Shown here: one piece after another, positions 25,304 through 38,137 of the stretch | How positions within the stretch are numbered: position 1 is the first letter of the stretch | How the letters are laid out: the number at the start of each line of letters is the position of its first letter | Assembly: GCA_964234715.1 (NCBI GenBank) | Contig: OZ174279.1 | Source: Podarcis melisellensis | Taxonomy: Eukaryota | Reading direction: 5' to 3' (one strand) | Length of the DNA: 64,000 bases | Notes under the pieces: model-generated | What the model was told of the DNA's origin: nothing | The model's input: only the letters and a program-made list of their open reading frames with translations | Databases searched by the model: none | Position numbers and translations under genes: made by a program

Positions 25304-26659
25304 TTGCACTGCAAGCAGTCTGGTTTTCCCATTCCAATATTTTTGACTCTTCCAGTCCAGACTAAAACACAGCGCATTGTAGAACACTGTCAGTGTCTCT
25401 TCTGATTCTAATACAATGTACACATCTATGTATCCTGCCTATGTGAGTGAAAGATTCTGCTTGCAGCGTGCTTTTTATCATACCTTCTTGAAATTGTGCC
25501 TGAGGGTCTCACTTGAAAACAATACTTTCATGTCTAATGAAGCTACTCAGCCTCTCCATGAGATCATCATGGACCCTGGCGTAACAGCTCAGAAAGGGAA
25601 GGACAACTGAGGGGGGAGGCACAGAGCTTGAAAAATACAGTGTATGTGACTTTCTGCACCCACTGTTTTTTCCTTCAGTTCTTTGTTAACTACATTTAAA
25701 GTCGACCTGCCCATGAGGCTGGGTGAGGCAGCTACTTCAGGTGCCCACCCCCTCAAGGGGTGTTACCCCCATTCTGCCGCCCAGCTTTGCTGCTGGTCTC
25801 CCTGGACTCTGGGGCAAAGAGGGACTGATGCCAAAGCTCTGTGGAAGGCCTCCCCCCCGCCAAGTCGACAAAAGGAGAAGCGTTCCTCCATCCAGCTTTG
25901 CCACTGGGCAGAGGTGGAGATTCACACACACACACCTGGTGGTGTAGTGGGGCTTTGCGCTGGCTTCTCCTGAAGGGAAGAGCTGATGCAAAGCCCCGCT
26001 GCCTGGCAGGAGATAGTTCCAAATAAATTCAGAGGAGGGCATCTCAATTTCACCTGCTTCTGATAGCTATCATTCTGACCTTTGCTCTTCCACAATTGAT
26101 GTGTGCTAAGTAAAAAAGACCATTTCAGAGATGAAATGCAGTGAAGTGGGTAAACACTGCTAATGAGAAATGTGGCTGAGGAACAGAACTCTCAGCCTTG
26201 GAAGGCTCAGTTCCACCTTCTTACACATTGATGGTGACCAATGAATCTCAGCAATTGATGCTTCAAATGCTCTTCAGTCTAGCGTAAACAAGTGCCTTGT
26301 TCTTGCTGTCTGCCTTTTCTAAATCAGTGTCTCCTCTCCTTTTCAAACCTGTGTGATCTCCAAATTCCTCAGTCTGTTTCTCTTACATAATTTGGAATTT
26401 CTGTATCAGCAAGTACAGAATAAGTGCCTTCAGGAACATTGATTTTAGGGCCTGCTGGAAATAATGTATCTCAGGGATTCCATAAGCACCAATGGTGCCA
26501 GCAAAAAGGGCTTCCAAGAGTGCCAAGCCAACCTCTGAGTCTGAATTACAGTGCTGAGGCCATAAGATTGTCCAAACTTTTCTTCTCAGACTAATTATTT
26601 CTGAAATCCAGGAAATCAAAAGTAAAATCACCAAGATTCAGCAATGAATTTTCTCCCTA

Positions 26660-26665
26660 AATAAA
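26660..26665 (+). terminator. Candidate EHHADH poly(A) signal AATAAA (another at 26022-26027)
   Basis: Canonical hexamer downstream of the stop, followed by GU/U-rich sequence; usage unknown. Confidence 0.35.
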
Positions 26666-28263
26666 GCTATTTTAATTAATCACATGTGCCTTTCTACAGT
26701 GTCCTTTCCTGATCTCACACTCAAAACTAGTATCACAAAGCACCTAAAACTGGGGTTGGGAATCGCCAGCCCACTGGTCAAATTTGGCCCACCAGGCTGC
26801 CTCATTTGGCAAATCACACTAGGGGCGAACTTGGGTCTTTGAAATTTCAGCGGCTCCTGGTGCGAGGCCAAAATTTGCTGCTCCCCTGCCTCTCACCTTC
26901 CATACATCATAGCTGCAGCACCATGATGTGCCTTCTGGGCTCAGCACCCAGTGCAGTGGAACTAGTTATGCTGCCCTAAATCTGCCTCTGGTTACTCCCA
27001 GGGCTTGGCCAAAGGAGGCTGTGCAGGCATTGCCAATATGGTAGACCTCAAAATGCTGAATTGTCTATTCATTATTATTCAGAAGATCTGGTGACTTGTA
27101 TTGGTTAAGAACATTAGACAAGGAGACCCAGTGGATTGTGTATCCTTCTCTCATGCCACTCAGCCTTGAAATGACCACACACTATTGCATAATGTGCTAG
27201 CCACAGGATAGTAACTAGAACTTATATGTTACTTTCTCAGAAATAGAACCAAACTATAACTTCCCTCCCTCCATAATGGGTTTCAGTTCTAAGTAGTTTC
27301 TGAAATTCCTTTCCTTCCTCTTAAACCTAGCTGCCTCCTTAGGGTATCCACATATAGCCTGTAAGAGGGTTCTTGTGCTTGTACTTTCATGGAAGGAAGA
27401 ATTTAATGTGTTGTGGCTTTTCCCATCATTGTACTCTGGTGAAGTGGGAATTTGCACCAGCTAGAATCCTTCTGTGCATCCCTTTAAATTATAGACAGCC
27501 TCTCCAGGATAGACTTGGCAACCCTTTGCCCCTCTTGCCTGTCTGGTCCACACTTCTCTGACTTCCAACACACTTTCCATTCTTGGCAACAGCGCATAAC
27601 CATTCTTGGACCTACTGTAGGTCCTGCATAGCTTGTCTGCAGCCCCATCTTTTTACTTGCCCCAGTTTTGTTCACATCAATGCCTTTGCTGCCATTGTTT
27701 CAAGTCCCTTAATTTCCTGCCAGTGCCTAGTTGATTCTCTCTCCTAAAAGCTGCCCTGGCTCTCGGTCAACATCCTGCATTGCTCAGTGTTTCGTTTGTC
27801 CCTGGTCCTCTCTTGCCAAAACACTAGAATTTCTCATGTCCTTAGACACTGTGAGCTTTTTCAAAAGCCCTTTCCATCCCTGCCAACAGCTCACAACCAT
27901 TCCTTGTCTTAGGCCCTGGACAGCTTGCCTGTAGCCCCATCTTCTTGCATGGCCCTCACTGGACATAATTTCAGCCATTTTCACTGCTTGTAGTTGAATA
28001 GACTTTGAAGGATGTTGGCCCAACAGAGAGTTCCCCAGTCAGTCAAGCAGCAGAAGAGGAGCTTGAGGTGAAGGCTGAGGTGAGGTAGGAGTTTAGGAGT
28101 GTGTTTCTGCTACCAGTGAAAGAGCCTATGATAACAGCTTTCTTTGATGGCATTGCCATGTGCAAGATAGTGCTGCATATGAAAAATTCACTAGCTATTG
28201 GTACCACAGACTCTTCCTTGCCAGCCTCAGAAGAGCAACGAGGCAGTCTAGGTCAAGGCAGTA

Positions 28264-28489
28264 CAGTGGTACCTTGGGTTAAGTAATTAATTCGTTCTGG
28301 AGGTCCGTTCTTAACCTGAAACTGTTCTTAACCTGAAGCACCACTTTAGCTAATGGGGCCTCCTGCTGCTGCCACGCCGCCGGAGCACGGTTTCTGTTCT
28401 CATCCTGAAGCAAAGTTCTTAACCTGAGGTACTATTTCTGGGTTAGTGGAGTCTGTAACCTGAAGCATATGTAACCCGAGGTACCACTG
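28264..28489. mobile_element. Tc1/mariner-like MITE, family A
   Basis: TA|CAGTGGTACCT..GAGGTACCACTG|TA. Confidence 0.88.
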
Positions 28490-29823
28490 TAGTAATGGTT
28501 AGGTGAGAGGGGTGAAATTCTGACACACATAAATCCAGATTTCCTGCCGGATGCAACAGCTTCACCCTACTCATGACTGAGGGCCAGTATTTTGCACTAG
28601 CCACACAGTTCCTCCAGAAGTCACAATATATAAAACCAGTGCTTACACCTCTAAAAGAATAATTGCAACTTATATTACAATACACAGCTAAAGCTTTTTA
28701 ACAACACATCACTGTGAAAGATTTAGGCAGACAGCAGTGTGGTTTAAAATGATGCCGTTCTACAACAGCTCCAATAAGTCTGTACCGCAAGTTTCCTCAG
28801 GCGTTACTTTATTTGTTAATGCTATAATTTGTTTAATGACATATTTCTCCAAGTGGTGGGAACTTTTGCTATTGGCATTGAAGCTCCTAGATTCTCTCTG
28901 CACAAATACACAATATTTATGCAAGCTGTTGTGGTTTTTTTTAAAAGATAAGAGTTAAGCCAGTGCACTCTTCTTCCATTAATGGACTAGCCCACAGGGA
29001 TCTTTCCAAAGAGTAAAAGGGCGGGGGAAGGGGGGAATCACATCAGCATGCTAGGGGAGAGGAAAGCCTTGACTTTTATTGCTGTCCACAGCAGTACTAA
29101 ACCTCCAGAGGGAACCTAAGTATTACATTCATGATGGCACAGAGATGAGTTTATACTCTGAGTACAAGGGAGTACAGGAAAAGGCCGTTCAGGTTCTGTC
29201 AAAAAGAGTTTTTAATAAATTCCTTTTAGGCAGTGTTTATCCAACACTTTTATTTTCTCTCAACCCTGAAAGGAGTCTGGCAACTGCACAGTAGTGCTTG
29301 CAAAGGAGCAAGTGGAAACAGCAATTTAAATGACTCTCCTTTCTCTCATCTGCACACAGCAGGATTGTATTGCACATCTAACTCTGGCCGTATTGCAAGC
29401 TGCATGCTATTTTTGCTGGCCTTTAAAAGGAAGGTTAAAATCATGCCCGCACTGCAAAATATTTAATGACGAGAACATAAAATGAATTGCTTGTATTTTG
29501 ACATCTTTGCCCCAGCTGTGACTGGCTCTTACTAATTATCTATTTTCCTCTATGAAATCTGTCCTTGAAAGCAACCGTCTTAGAATACCACATGCTTGGA
29601 AACGATGGGAAATTCTTTCTGTTCATGCTGTGATTTACGATTAGCTGGATCTGGCAAAAACCTGGGCTCACATATTGAATCCGTTAACACACATATGCCT
29701 TGTTCTAGCTGCTCCAAGGAAAGAATGTCCAGCATATTATCTGCACCACAGTCCAGAGACTGGTGGTAGATTACAAGCTCACTTTGAAACCAGCAATCTT
29801 CCTTAGCACTCTGGTTTTGAAGA

Positions 29824-30022
29824 ATCTAGCTATACATTTAAAGCACGTTCAATGGACATTTAAAGCACACAACTTCCTCCAAAGAATAATGGGAAGTGCA
29901 GTTTCCCCCACAGATTTACAACCCCCAGCATCCATAATAAACTACAGTTCCCGTGATTCTCTGGGGGAAGTCATGTCCTATAAATGTATGTTGGATGTGC
30001 TTTCAATGAATGGGGTGGAGAT
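29824..30022. mobile_element. Fold-back MITE-like element
   Basis: CATTTAAAGCAC..CTTCCTCCAAAGAAT..GGGAA pairs with TTCCC..ATTCTCTGGGGGAAG..GTGCTTTCAATG. Confidence 0.55.
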
Positions 30023-31107
30023 GAGGCATATAATCACAGCTCAAGTACTATTGTCTTTTCAAGTACACAAGCCTATTCACGTTCCTTCCAGGAACAGGAA
30101 GCATCTATTCTCCTAACAGTTTAATCTTCATATATGCCTCTGTCACATGCTTGCTGTTTCCTTTAACAATACTTATTACCTATATGAGTGGTGTGGAATT
30201 AGGAGTATGAAAATGTTGATTCCAACCAATGAGTCTTCATTGTCTTATACTGTACTGGCATAAGATCACATTCTCTGTTGCCAAGTTTATCTTGGAAAAA
30301 GCAAATATATGCATTCACAGACACAAATGATGTGATTACTTCTACTACCTCAAAGAAGCATCTGCTTTAGTGCTTTTCACAAAAGTATGATTACTGAGGG
30401 AGAAAAAACCTCTCCCCAAAAAACCCTTTGTTATATCTAGTGCATAACTGCATTTATTTTGGATGCAATATTGAAGGCATTTTGAGTAAGCTAGGAAGAT
30501 GTGATAGAAATGTAGAACTGTATAGCAATTCTGCAGTAATCCTTTAAAGTTACTACTTCTATTCATATTCATTGCAAATTTTAAAAAACTGAATAAGATG
30601 GCCAATATAACCCAACCTCTTGAAAGTGGAAAGAAGAAAAGAGAGAGAGATAAAATACTGAAAGTAAGCAACCAAATTTAGTAACAGGCTAGGGACCTGG
30701 TACACAATGTTGTGGAGCGGAATATTCCTGTTTCTAGGATGCTCCATTCCATTTCCCCTCCCACTCAGATTTTCTGCTCTCTCTGTCCCTCTCCCCCCAA
30801 ACTCAGTCTGCATTCTATGGCCACAGGGTTATTTTGGGTTCCTCTCCCTAATTTTTCTTATCTTGTATGCCTGCAATCCTTAGGTTCCCATAAGATTGCT
30901 TTGTGTGTGTATGTTGATGTTTTAGCGATACTTGGAGAACTGAGATTGCAGATAGTATAAGAAAGAAGGGGGGGGGAAAGGTAAAGTATAGTAGAAGTTA
31001 TCAAAGAAAAACAAAAATAAGATACAGGAGAGAAGTAAAGGGAAATGCAGCTGCATGGGTACTCGGATACCATGTGGAACTATTGCTCAAAAATATGAAG
31101 ATGATCT

Positions 31108-31600
31108 TAAGAACATAAGATGAGCCTGATGGATCAGGCCAATGACGCATCAGGTCAAGCATCTTATTCTCACAGTGGCCAACCAGATGCCTGCGGGAAG
31201 CCTGCAACTGTGGTGTAAAGGTTAGAGTGTTGGACTATGACCTGGGAGACCAGGGTTCAAACCCCCACTCAGCCAGGAAGCTAACTAGGTGACCTCGGGC
31301 TAGTCACCATCTTTCAGCCTAATCTACCTCACAAGGTTGTTGCAGGATGAAACAGAGAGGAGAACCAAGTACACAACCTTGAGATTTTTGGAAGCAAAGG
31401 TGGTATATAAATGTAATCAACACAATAAGCACAAACATTCTGCCCACTTGTGGTTCTCAGCAAACAGTATTCACAGGCATATTGCTACTGGCAGAGGAGG
31501 CAGCACATAGCCATTGTGGCTAGTAACTGTGAATTGGCTTCTCCTCTATGAATTTGTCTAGTCCTTTTCTAAAGCCATCCAAGTTGGTGGCCATCACTGC
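31108..31600 (-). mobile_element. CR1 LINE 3' end interrupted by a SINE
   Basis: TAAGAACATAAGA..GGATCAGGCCAAT..CAGTGGCCAACCAGATGCC; resumes after 31428 through AAAGCCATCCAAGTTGGTGGCCATCAC. Confidence 0.75.
31208..31428 (+). mobile_element. MIR-like CORE SINE
   Basis: A-box TGGTGTA..GGTTAGAG, B-box GGTTCAAACCC, GTGACCT.GGGC.AGTCAC core, CTACCTCACAAGGTTGTTG. Confidence 0.75.
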
Positions 31601-31947
31601 CTCCTTTAATGCCATTGTATGTACAATTGGATTCAGTGATACTTGCTCCAGGTAGGCATGTATACTCCCAAGCTCAATCCAACCTCAGTTAATTCCTGAG
31701 AAAACATTCATAGAAGTGTGCTGCAAGAGTAATAGGCCAGCCTGTGATACCAAATCTATTAAGAATTTAAAAGTGGCCAAATAAACATTAAGACTCAAGG
31801 AAGGCAAGCCTGTCACATTATTAGACACAAACAAAACTGCATATGTGCAATTCAACCTACTTAAATTGATAGCTCTACCACACAGCTATGTGAAGAAACC
31901 ACATTTAGGCAGCTCTGAGCCCTGTGGTCAAATATGCTGCCACCAAT

Positions 31948-32064
31948 CAGGAGTGGGGAATCAGTGGCCCTCCAAATGTTGCTGGACCACAACTCCTATT
32001 ATTCCTGATTCTTGATCACAGTGGCTTGGGCTGATAGGATTTGGGTTCCAACAACATCTGGAGC
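31948..32064. mobile_element. hAT-like fold-back MITE, degenerate
   Basis: Homologous to 14909-15050. Confidence 0.6.
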
Positions 32065-33190
32065 ATGAGGCACAGGATCAGGCAATCTATCACACCAAAA
32101 CACTGCTCTCTACAATGTACTACTAGGACCAAGACAACCAGCATTGCATAGTTGTCCTTTAAAATAATTGATAAGAAAGGGTAATAGATTCTACCCTGTT
32201 ATTAGAAGAGTAACCAAAAGCCTTCTGGCATTTAATAAATTAGAGAGACAATCGACCTATGTTTCCCCCGCTCGAACCTCAGATCATTTATACAAAAGAA
32301 GAGGGTTTCATGTCACAAGCAGGATCCTTGTGGTTGGCTGTTGCTCACTGGCAAATAGAACTTAATGCCAATGATCTTACTGAACACTGAAAGACAATTG
32401 TGAACAACTTCTGTGCTCTCTCCATATGTCATATAAAAAGTTAATTGCACATTACTGTCAAAACTAACTCCTTTTTCTTCAGTCCTTTTTATCTCATCTG
32501 TATTATTTTTGAAGTGGTGCGATCAGAACAAAACACTAAGTACTGTATCCTTAATGTGGATTTATTTGCTGACCTAACACTGCATTTGCCCTTTTCATTG
32601 CTGCAACACCACCAAAGGCAAAAAACTCCCTTAAAGTGCTTCACACCTCTCCCCCCCCATTAAAGATACCATAGTCTTTCTGCTCCATTGTATTTTATTT
32701 TTAATGTTGATTTTAATTATTGCTTTATGTTGATTGTATTTTCAGTGGTGGCTGGTAACATTTTTACTTGTTAGTACTGCAACCTTGCCATTTTTATCGC
32801 AATAGCACTACCACAACACTTATGTAGGAAATTGGACCATTACACACATTCTTAATCCAAAAGTACAGTTATGGCAAAGAGGTCCCTCCAATGTGTCTCT
32901 AAACAGAAAAACTATGGGATTGAGCAGACTGCCAGAAAGGCAGCCCTGGCAGGAACGCTCTTTCTATGAGGCATGTCCAGAACAGCCATTGGACCGATTG
33001 GACAGAGTACAGGAGATTGACAAAAATGCCTCTGTAAGTTCAAGGAAGTAAAAATGTGGTGAGGACAGGAAAGAGTGCATGGCTTTGAGAATCTGAGAAT
33101 CTGACTGTGTTGCAGTCAGAGGCACCAAACTGTAAAGAAGATTGCGGGGGTCAACATGAGTGACATTGCATGTGCGATGTCCCAAAGGTA

Positions 33191-33535
33191 AAGGGACCCC
33201 TGACCATTAGGTCCAGCCGTGGCCGACTCTGGGGTTGCGGCGCTCATCTCGCTTAATTGGCTGAGGGAGCCAGCATACAGCTTCCAGGTCATGTGGCCAG
33301 CATCACTAAGCAGCTTCTGGCGAACCAGAGCAGCACACGGAAATGCCGTCTTACCTTCCCGCCGGAGCGATACCTATTTATCTACTCACACTTTGACGTG
33401 CTTTCGAACTGCTAGGTTGGCAGGAGCAGAGACCGGGCAACGGGAGCTCACCCCGTCGCGGGGATTTGAACCACCGACCTTCTGATCGGCAAGCCCTAGG
33501 CTCTGTGGTTTAACCCACAGTGCCACCCACGTCCC
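33191..33535 (-). mobile_element. Sauria SINE, full length
   Basis: Complete head to tail; 13-bp TSD TGTCCCAAAGGTA / TGCCCCAAAGGTA (1 mismatch). Confidence 0.92.
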
Positions 33536-33867
33536 TGCCCCAAAGGTATTTGGCTTCTAAAAATGTTTTGCCATTAGGAAAGCCAAAGAGAGGGGGCTCT
33601 GTGCCAAATGGCAATTGAGAGGAGCCCCCCCCCAACTCAGAATTAGTTAATAAGACAAAAGCAGAGTTCAAAGAAGAGTTTTAGGGTTGGCTGTGATGTG
33701 ACCTAGAGGAAAAAAGGTGACAGGTGGTTCATGGTTAAAGGGAGCAAGCTGGAGAGAGGGTCAGAGAAGGATGTCTGATTTCCATTTGCATCCAAGGCTG
33801 CAGCTATGGGAGAAACAAGATCCACTTGGGATGTCAATGCTGAGAATCCCTCCATCATAGGCTCATG

Positions 33868-33868
33868 T

Positions 33869-33896
<28 letters not shown>
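33868..33896. repeat. (TG)n microsatellite
   Basis: Read directly. Confidence 0.95.
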
Positions 33897-33899
<3 letters not shown>

Positions 33900-34249
33900 A
33901 AACCATATACTGTATCATAAAGATACCAGAGTCTCTGCTTTGCCTCATTTTCCAAAAGAAAACACAAACCCTGGATAAAGCATCTGGAACCCCTGGAATC
34001 TTGCACCGCTGAGAGACGGGGTGGCATGCAACAGTAGAAGGGAGCTTTCTGAATGCCACTGCATGGCCTTTCGGACAAACTCCTGCTTTGCCTTCCTTTT
34101 ATTCTGGAACGCACTGAGCCAAGGAGGGAGCAATTATCAACCCCACGCAAAAAGAAGCTTCATTCACACACGCTTATCAGCTTATGACATATTTATACGA
34201 AATCAGCTTGCTTCAAGCCACCCGCGTTTATTATTTAGTGTATGTCTTG

Positions 34250-36060
34250 CAAAGCCGACGGGGGAGCCCTGCTAGGAGCATTTGCACGTCTATAACAGAT
34301 GTCCTGTATCGCCACGTTGCGGACTTGCTGCTATATACAAGCCCGCAGGGTCCCGACAGAGGGGGTGGCGAGATCCGAGCGGCGTGGAAAGGTTAGCCGG
34401 GAAAGCGGGGCCGTCGCTAGGTACCAGAGGGAGTGTTGTCAGGAGAGAAAAGGTTGCCTCTGACTAAATAAAATTTAAAAAACAAAAACCCGCCCACCCA
34501 AAGATTCCCAGTCCGTGGTTGTGGAAGCAGCTGACGATGCATTCGAGATGGCTTCCAGCAGCAGGGGGTCTGCTGGAGCCCGGGGTGAGGTGGGGGCTTC
34601 CTCTCCCTCCCTAAGGGCAGCTGAGGCTCCTTGGTAACCGGTCCCTGGAGAGGAGAGAGGCCCACCTGCCGCTCTGACTGGCTGCCAGGGGGTGGGCCCC
34701 GTGCGCCCCTCTCTCCCTCCCTCGCCTCGCCTGAAGCAGGGGCTGCCAGCTCAGGAGCCGCTGCGCGTCCTGGGAGGGCGGCGCGGGCTGGCCGGTCTTG
34801 GTCTCTCGGGAGGATCCCGCTCCCTCTCCCGCCCTCCTGCCGCTCACGAGGCGTCTGGCGGAGTCCCCACGGCAGACTTCCCCTCTCTCCCTCACTCTCC
34901 CGCTCATTCCGAGCCCCACCCTCCCGCCAACCCACTCACCCGCTGGAGGGGGCGGGCTGTGGCGGCTGAGGCGGAGCCGGGCGCCAGGCCAGGGTGGCTC
35001 CAGGCGCGGCCGGGCTAGCCCGTGGCGTCGTCCCTGCTGGCCAGAAGCGCCGCTCGCCGCCCCGCTGCGCCTTGTGTGCGCGCAGGCGGGAGTGACTCGG
35101 CGGAGGTGCGCGGCTCGGCGCGGGCTGCAGGTGGCGGCGGGGAAAGCGGCGGCGGCGGCGGCAGAAGCAGCAGCAGCGCCATGAGCGGGACTGGGGCGGC
35201 GGCCAGCGCCGCTGCCGCTTCTCTGGCGGCGGGCAAGAGCGAGAAACTGGACGAGGCGCAAGCGCTGGCCCGCAGCTGCGCCGGGAGACCCGACTTCCAG
35301 CCTTGCGACGGGCTGTCGATGTGCACCACGCACAGCCACGGACGCTGTTTCCGCCTGCACTGGTGCTGCCACCTGGGCTGGTGCCACTGTGAGTGTTTTG
35401 GGGGGACGAGGAGGAGGGGGAATGGCGCGGGATGGGCGGGCCGCCCGGGCGAGCAGCGCGCCTTGGCCCCTCGCAGGACTTCCAGAGGCTTCCTTCCTGC
35501 CTGCAAGCGCAGGGAGCCCCCTGGCTGAACGCTGCAGAGATTCCTGTCGAGGCGGGGGGGGGGCGCGCCGTTTGGGTGGTGGTTTGCTAGCCGCCAGGGA
35601 GGAAGAGCAGGCGAGCATCCCGGGAGGGGGGGGCGATGAGAGAAGCACACCCTATTTGCCCCCCTGGGATTCGGATCCTGAGGGGGCAGGCAAGCTCTTG
35701 CCCGCCTTCCTTCCCTTCGCCTCGGTGGCTCTGTGGTGCCCGGAGGGCAGGATTTGACGGCGAGATCGATAGTGGCTGATCGCATGGCACCCGGAACACG
35801 ATGGATTTCTCCATCCTCCCAGCCTGCGTGTATCTGATGAGGCAAGAAAGGGATGGGATGGGCTCGCTGTAAAGCTGTGTTAGTGGCAGCAATGGGTAAA
35901 AGGTGGAAGGGAAGGAGAGGGGTGCGCCTGCCCTTCTTCTCTTTTGGCAGAACAGAACCACGCTCCCCAATCTCCCCGCTCCACGTATCGTTTTTTGTTT
36001 TAGGGGGGCTGAGAAGCAGCAAACCTCCAGTATAATCCTAGTCTCTGTCGCTACAAGAAG
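34250..36060. promoter_or_regulatory. CpG island / C3orf70 promoter
   Basis: Very GC/CpG-rich with several GC boxes; (GGC)n(GCA)n run just before the ATG. Confidence 0.85.
35181..35388 (+). CDS. C3orf70: UPF0524 protein C3orf70 homolog, exon 1 (208 nt)
   Basis: GCCATG; KSEKLDEAQALARSCAGRPDFQPCDGLSMCTTHSHGRCFRLHWCCHLGWCH; donor T|GTGAGT. Confidence 0.93.
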
Positions 36061-36289
36061 GCGCTCCCTCTTCTATCTCTGGAGTTGTAGATGCCTTGTA
36101 TATGAACACAGATGTTCAGGCAGGAAATGGATCCAACATTCCGTGGGATGGGCTGCACTATTCGTAGGTTTCCCTTACTGGATTCTGTACACTAAGAGTG
36201 GCTCTCATAATGTGTACGAAGTCTAAGTTATATCAACGTATAAACACTAGTGGTTGAAGCAAGGCGTTTAGTTTGGCTGTCATTTTTAT

Positions 36290-36620
36290 TGTATTTGTTA
36301 GTTGGATTTCTTACAAAGTGAGGCTGAGTGACTTAATGCTAAAAGCAGCTAAGAACCAAAAAAACAACAACCCCAAACCCTAAAAAGACAGTAGTACAAA
36401 TAAAAGGCTAAAAAACACAGCTGAACAAAAAGTCAAGACTACAGGTCCTGTTTTACCCAAAGAGGCCATGCTACCACCCTTCAAATCAAGAGCCAAAAAC
36501 CTCAGTAAATAAGAGAAAATTCTTTGCCTGGTGCCTAAACCTGGATAAAGATGGCACTAGGCGTGCCTCCCTGGGGAAAGATCAGAAATACCCATCAGAA
36601 ATACCTTCTTTTGTGGGCTT
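36290..36620 (-). mobile_element. L2 LINE 3' fragment, degenerate
   Basis: TTTGCCTGGTGCCTAAA..GATGGCACTAGGCGTGCCTCCCTGGGGA resembles 49280-49380. Confidence 0.45.
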
Positions 36621-38137
36621 GCTGTCTCAGGCTAGGTTTGCTGATTCATAGTGGTTTTAAAAATTGGTGGTTTATGTTATTTATTCTCTTATAGTATGGA
36701 GCTGCATTTAATAGAGCCTGTAATCTTATTGCTATCTCGTTTCCAAGCTATTAAAGGATCTTCCCTGGCAACCTGAAATTTAATCTATGCCCAAAGAATG
36801 CTTCTAAAATGTACTAAGGAATGGTTTAGTTAAAATGTATTCATTCTCAATTAAGGTTTTGGTTTTGTGGTTTAGTCACACACAGCCCTCCCTTATCCAA
36901 GCTAGAAACACCTTACTGAATGATATGAGGTGACCCGGAGTGAAGGGCAGGCCATGCAGAAGAAAATAGATGATAAACGATTTGCTCTTTCTTCCCATTT
37001 TTATTGGTATAGTTGTCATGAAACTCAGTGCCACACCATCTATCTGGAACAAGTCACACAGCAAATCTCAGTTGCCTGATGTGGCCATTTCATTATCTAC
37101 AGCCTGAAAACTGAGAGGTAGATGCATTGGACTTGTTACAACAGAGAAATTGCATTTCAGTTTTCTGCTTCAGCATCCTGTTGTTCCCATCCAAGTCTCT
37201 GTGGGGTTTTCTCTCCGTTCACAAAGCATCATGACTCATGTCCCAGTCCTTGTGACCTGAGGAAGTTTATATATTAGGGTAGGATTCATTGTCATTTTCT
37301 GTTTTTAAACTATATCTCATTTGTAAATTTAGAGGATTGTTGTATCTCCTTTTGAAAACTGCTTGCTCCACAATAAATTGTCAAGCTATCAACTAATGGT
37401 GTGTACTTCTTGTCCAAATCTATATTTTTGTACGTTTTAAAGGCCTTACCTTTCCCTTTCTTTGATCTCATTGGGTTTTGCTTTCCACCCCTTCGTCTTG
37501 GAGGCCCTAGTGATGCATCAACTTGCTAACAAATGGCAATAAAACTAAAATTCACTTGGGACTGTGGACATGGTTAGGATGAACTACAACTCCACACCCT
37601 GAGTTATATGGACACCATCATTCTTAAACCCACCTTACCCCTTTGTGCTGTTTCAGCCTACAAAATTAGGCTGTTGCTGAGTAGAACAGTGCTCCACTAA
37701 AGCTCTAATGATGTCATACACATTAGTGTTCACTAAATGCTCTCTAATAATGTTTTTGGTTTCCTGTTGGTAAAGCACACTGTTAAGCCTTTTTGAATCT
37801 GCTGCTTTAGTGCTTCTAATCAAGTGGATAAGTTGATTCTCCCATTTGCACATCACTACGATCACAGCCTGATCAGGTGCTTTCTCCGATATCAGGATTG
37901 ACCAAGATTTCGGTAGAAATACCCCCGTCTGTAACTGATCTTAAAGAGCTCTTAGCAATTTCCAAGGACTCTGTGCAGATAACCATTAAAACAATGCACT
38001 CCTTTCCATTTGCAGTGGAGGGAATCCAGCCAAAGTTATATCAGGATTGGACAGAATGGCACTCGGAGGGCCAAACTGAACATTATGTTAAATATATATT
38101 TGCATTTGCTTGAGTGTTGTGTTTTTTTAAAAAAATA

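Noticed and set aside
26383-26634. 83-aa hydrophobic minus ORF
   Set aside because: Non-ATG start, no recognisable homology, no convincing donor
35022-35180. GTG/CTG-initiated 53-aa N-terminal extension of C3orf70
   Set aside because: An open frame is expected at this GC content; cannot be supported without ribosome profiling
34417-36022. Long overlapping ORFs (172-345 aa) on both strands
   Set aside because: GC-rich island artefacts; only 35181-35388 has family-specific sequence
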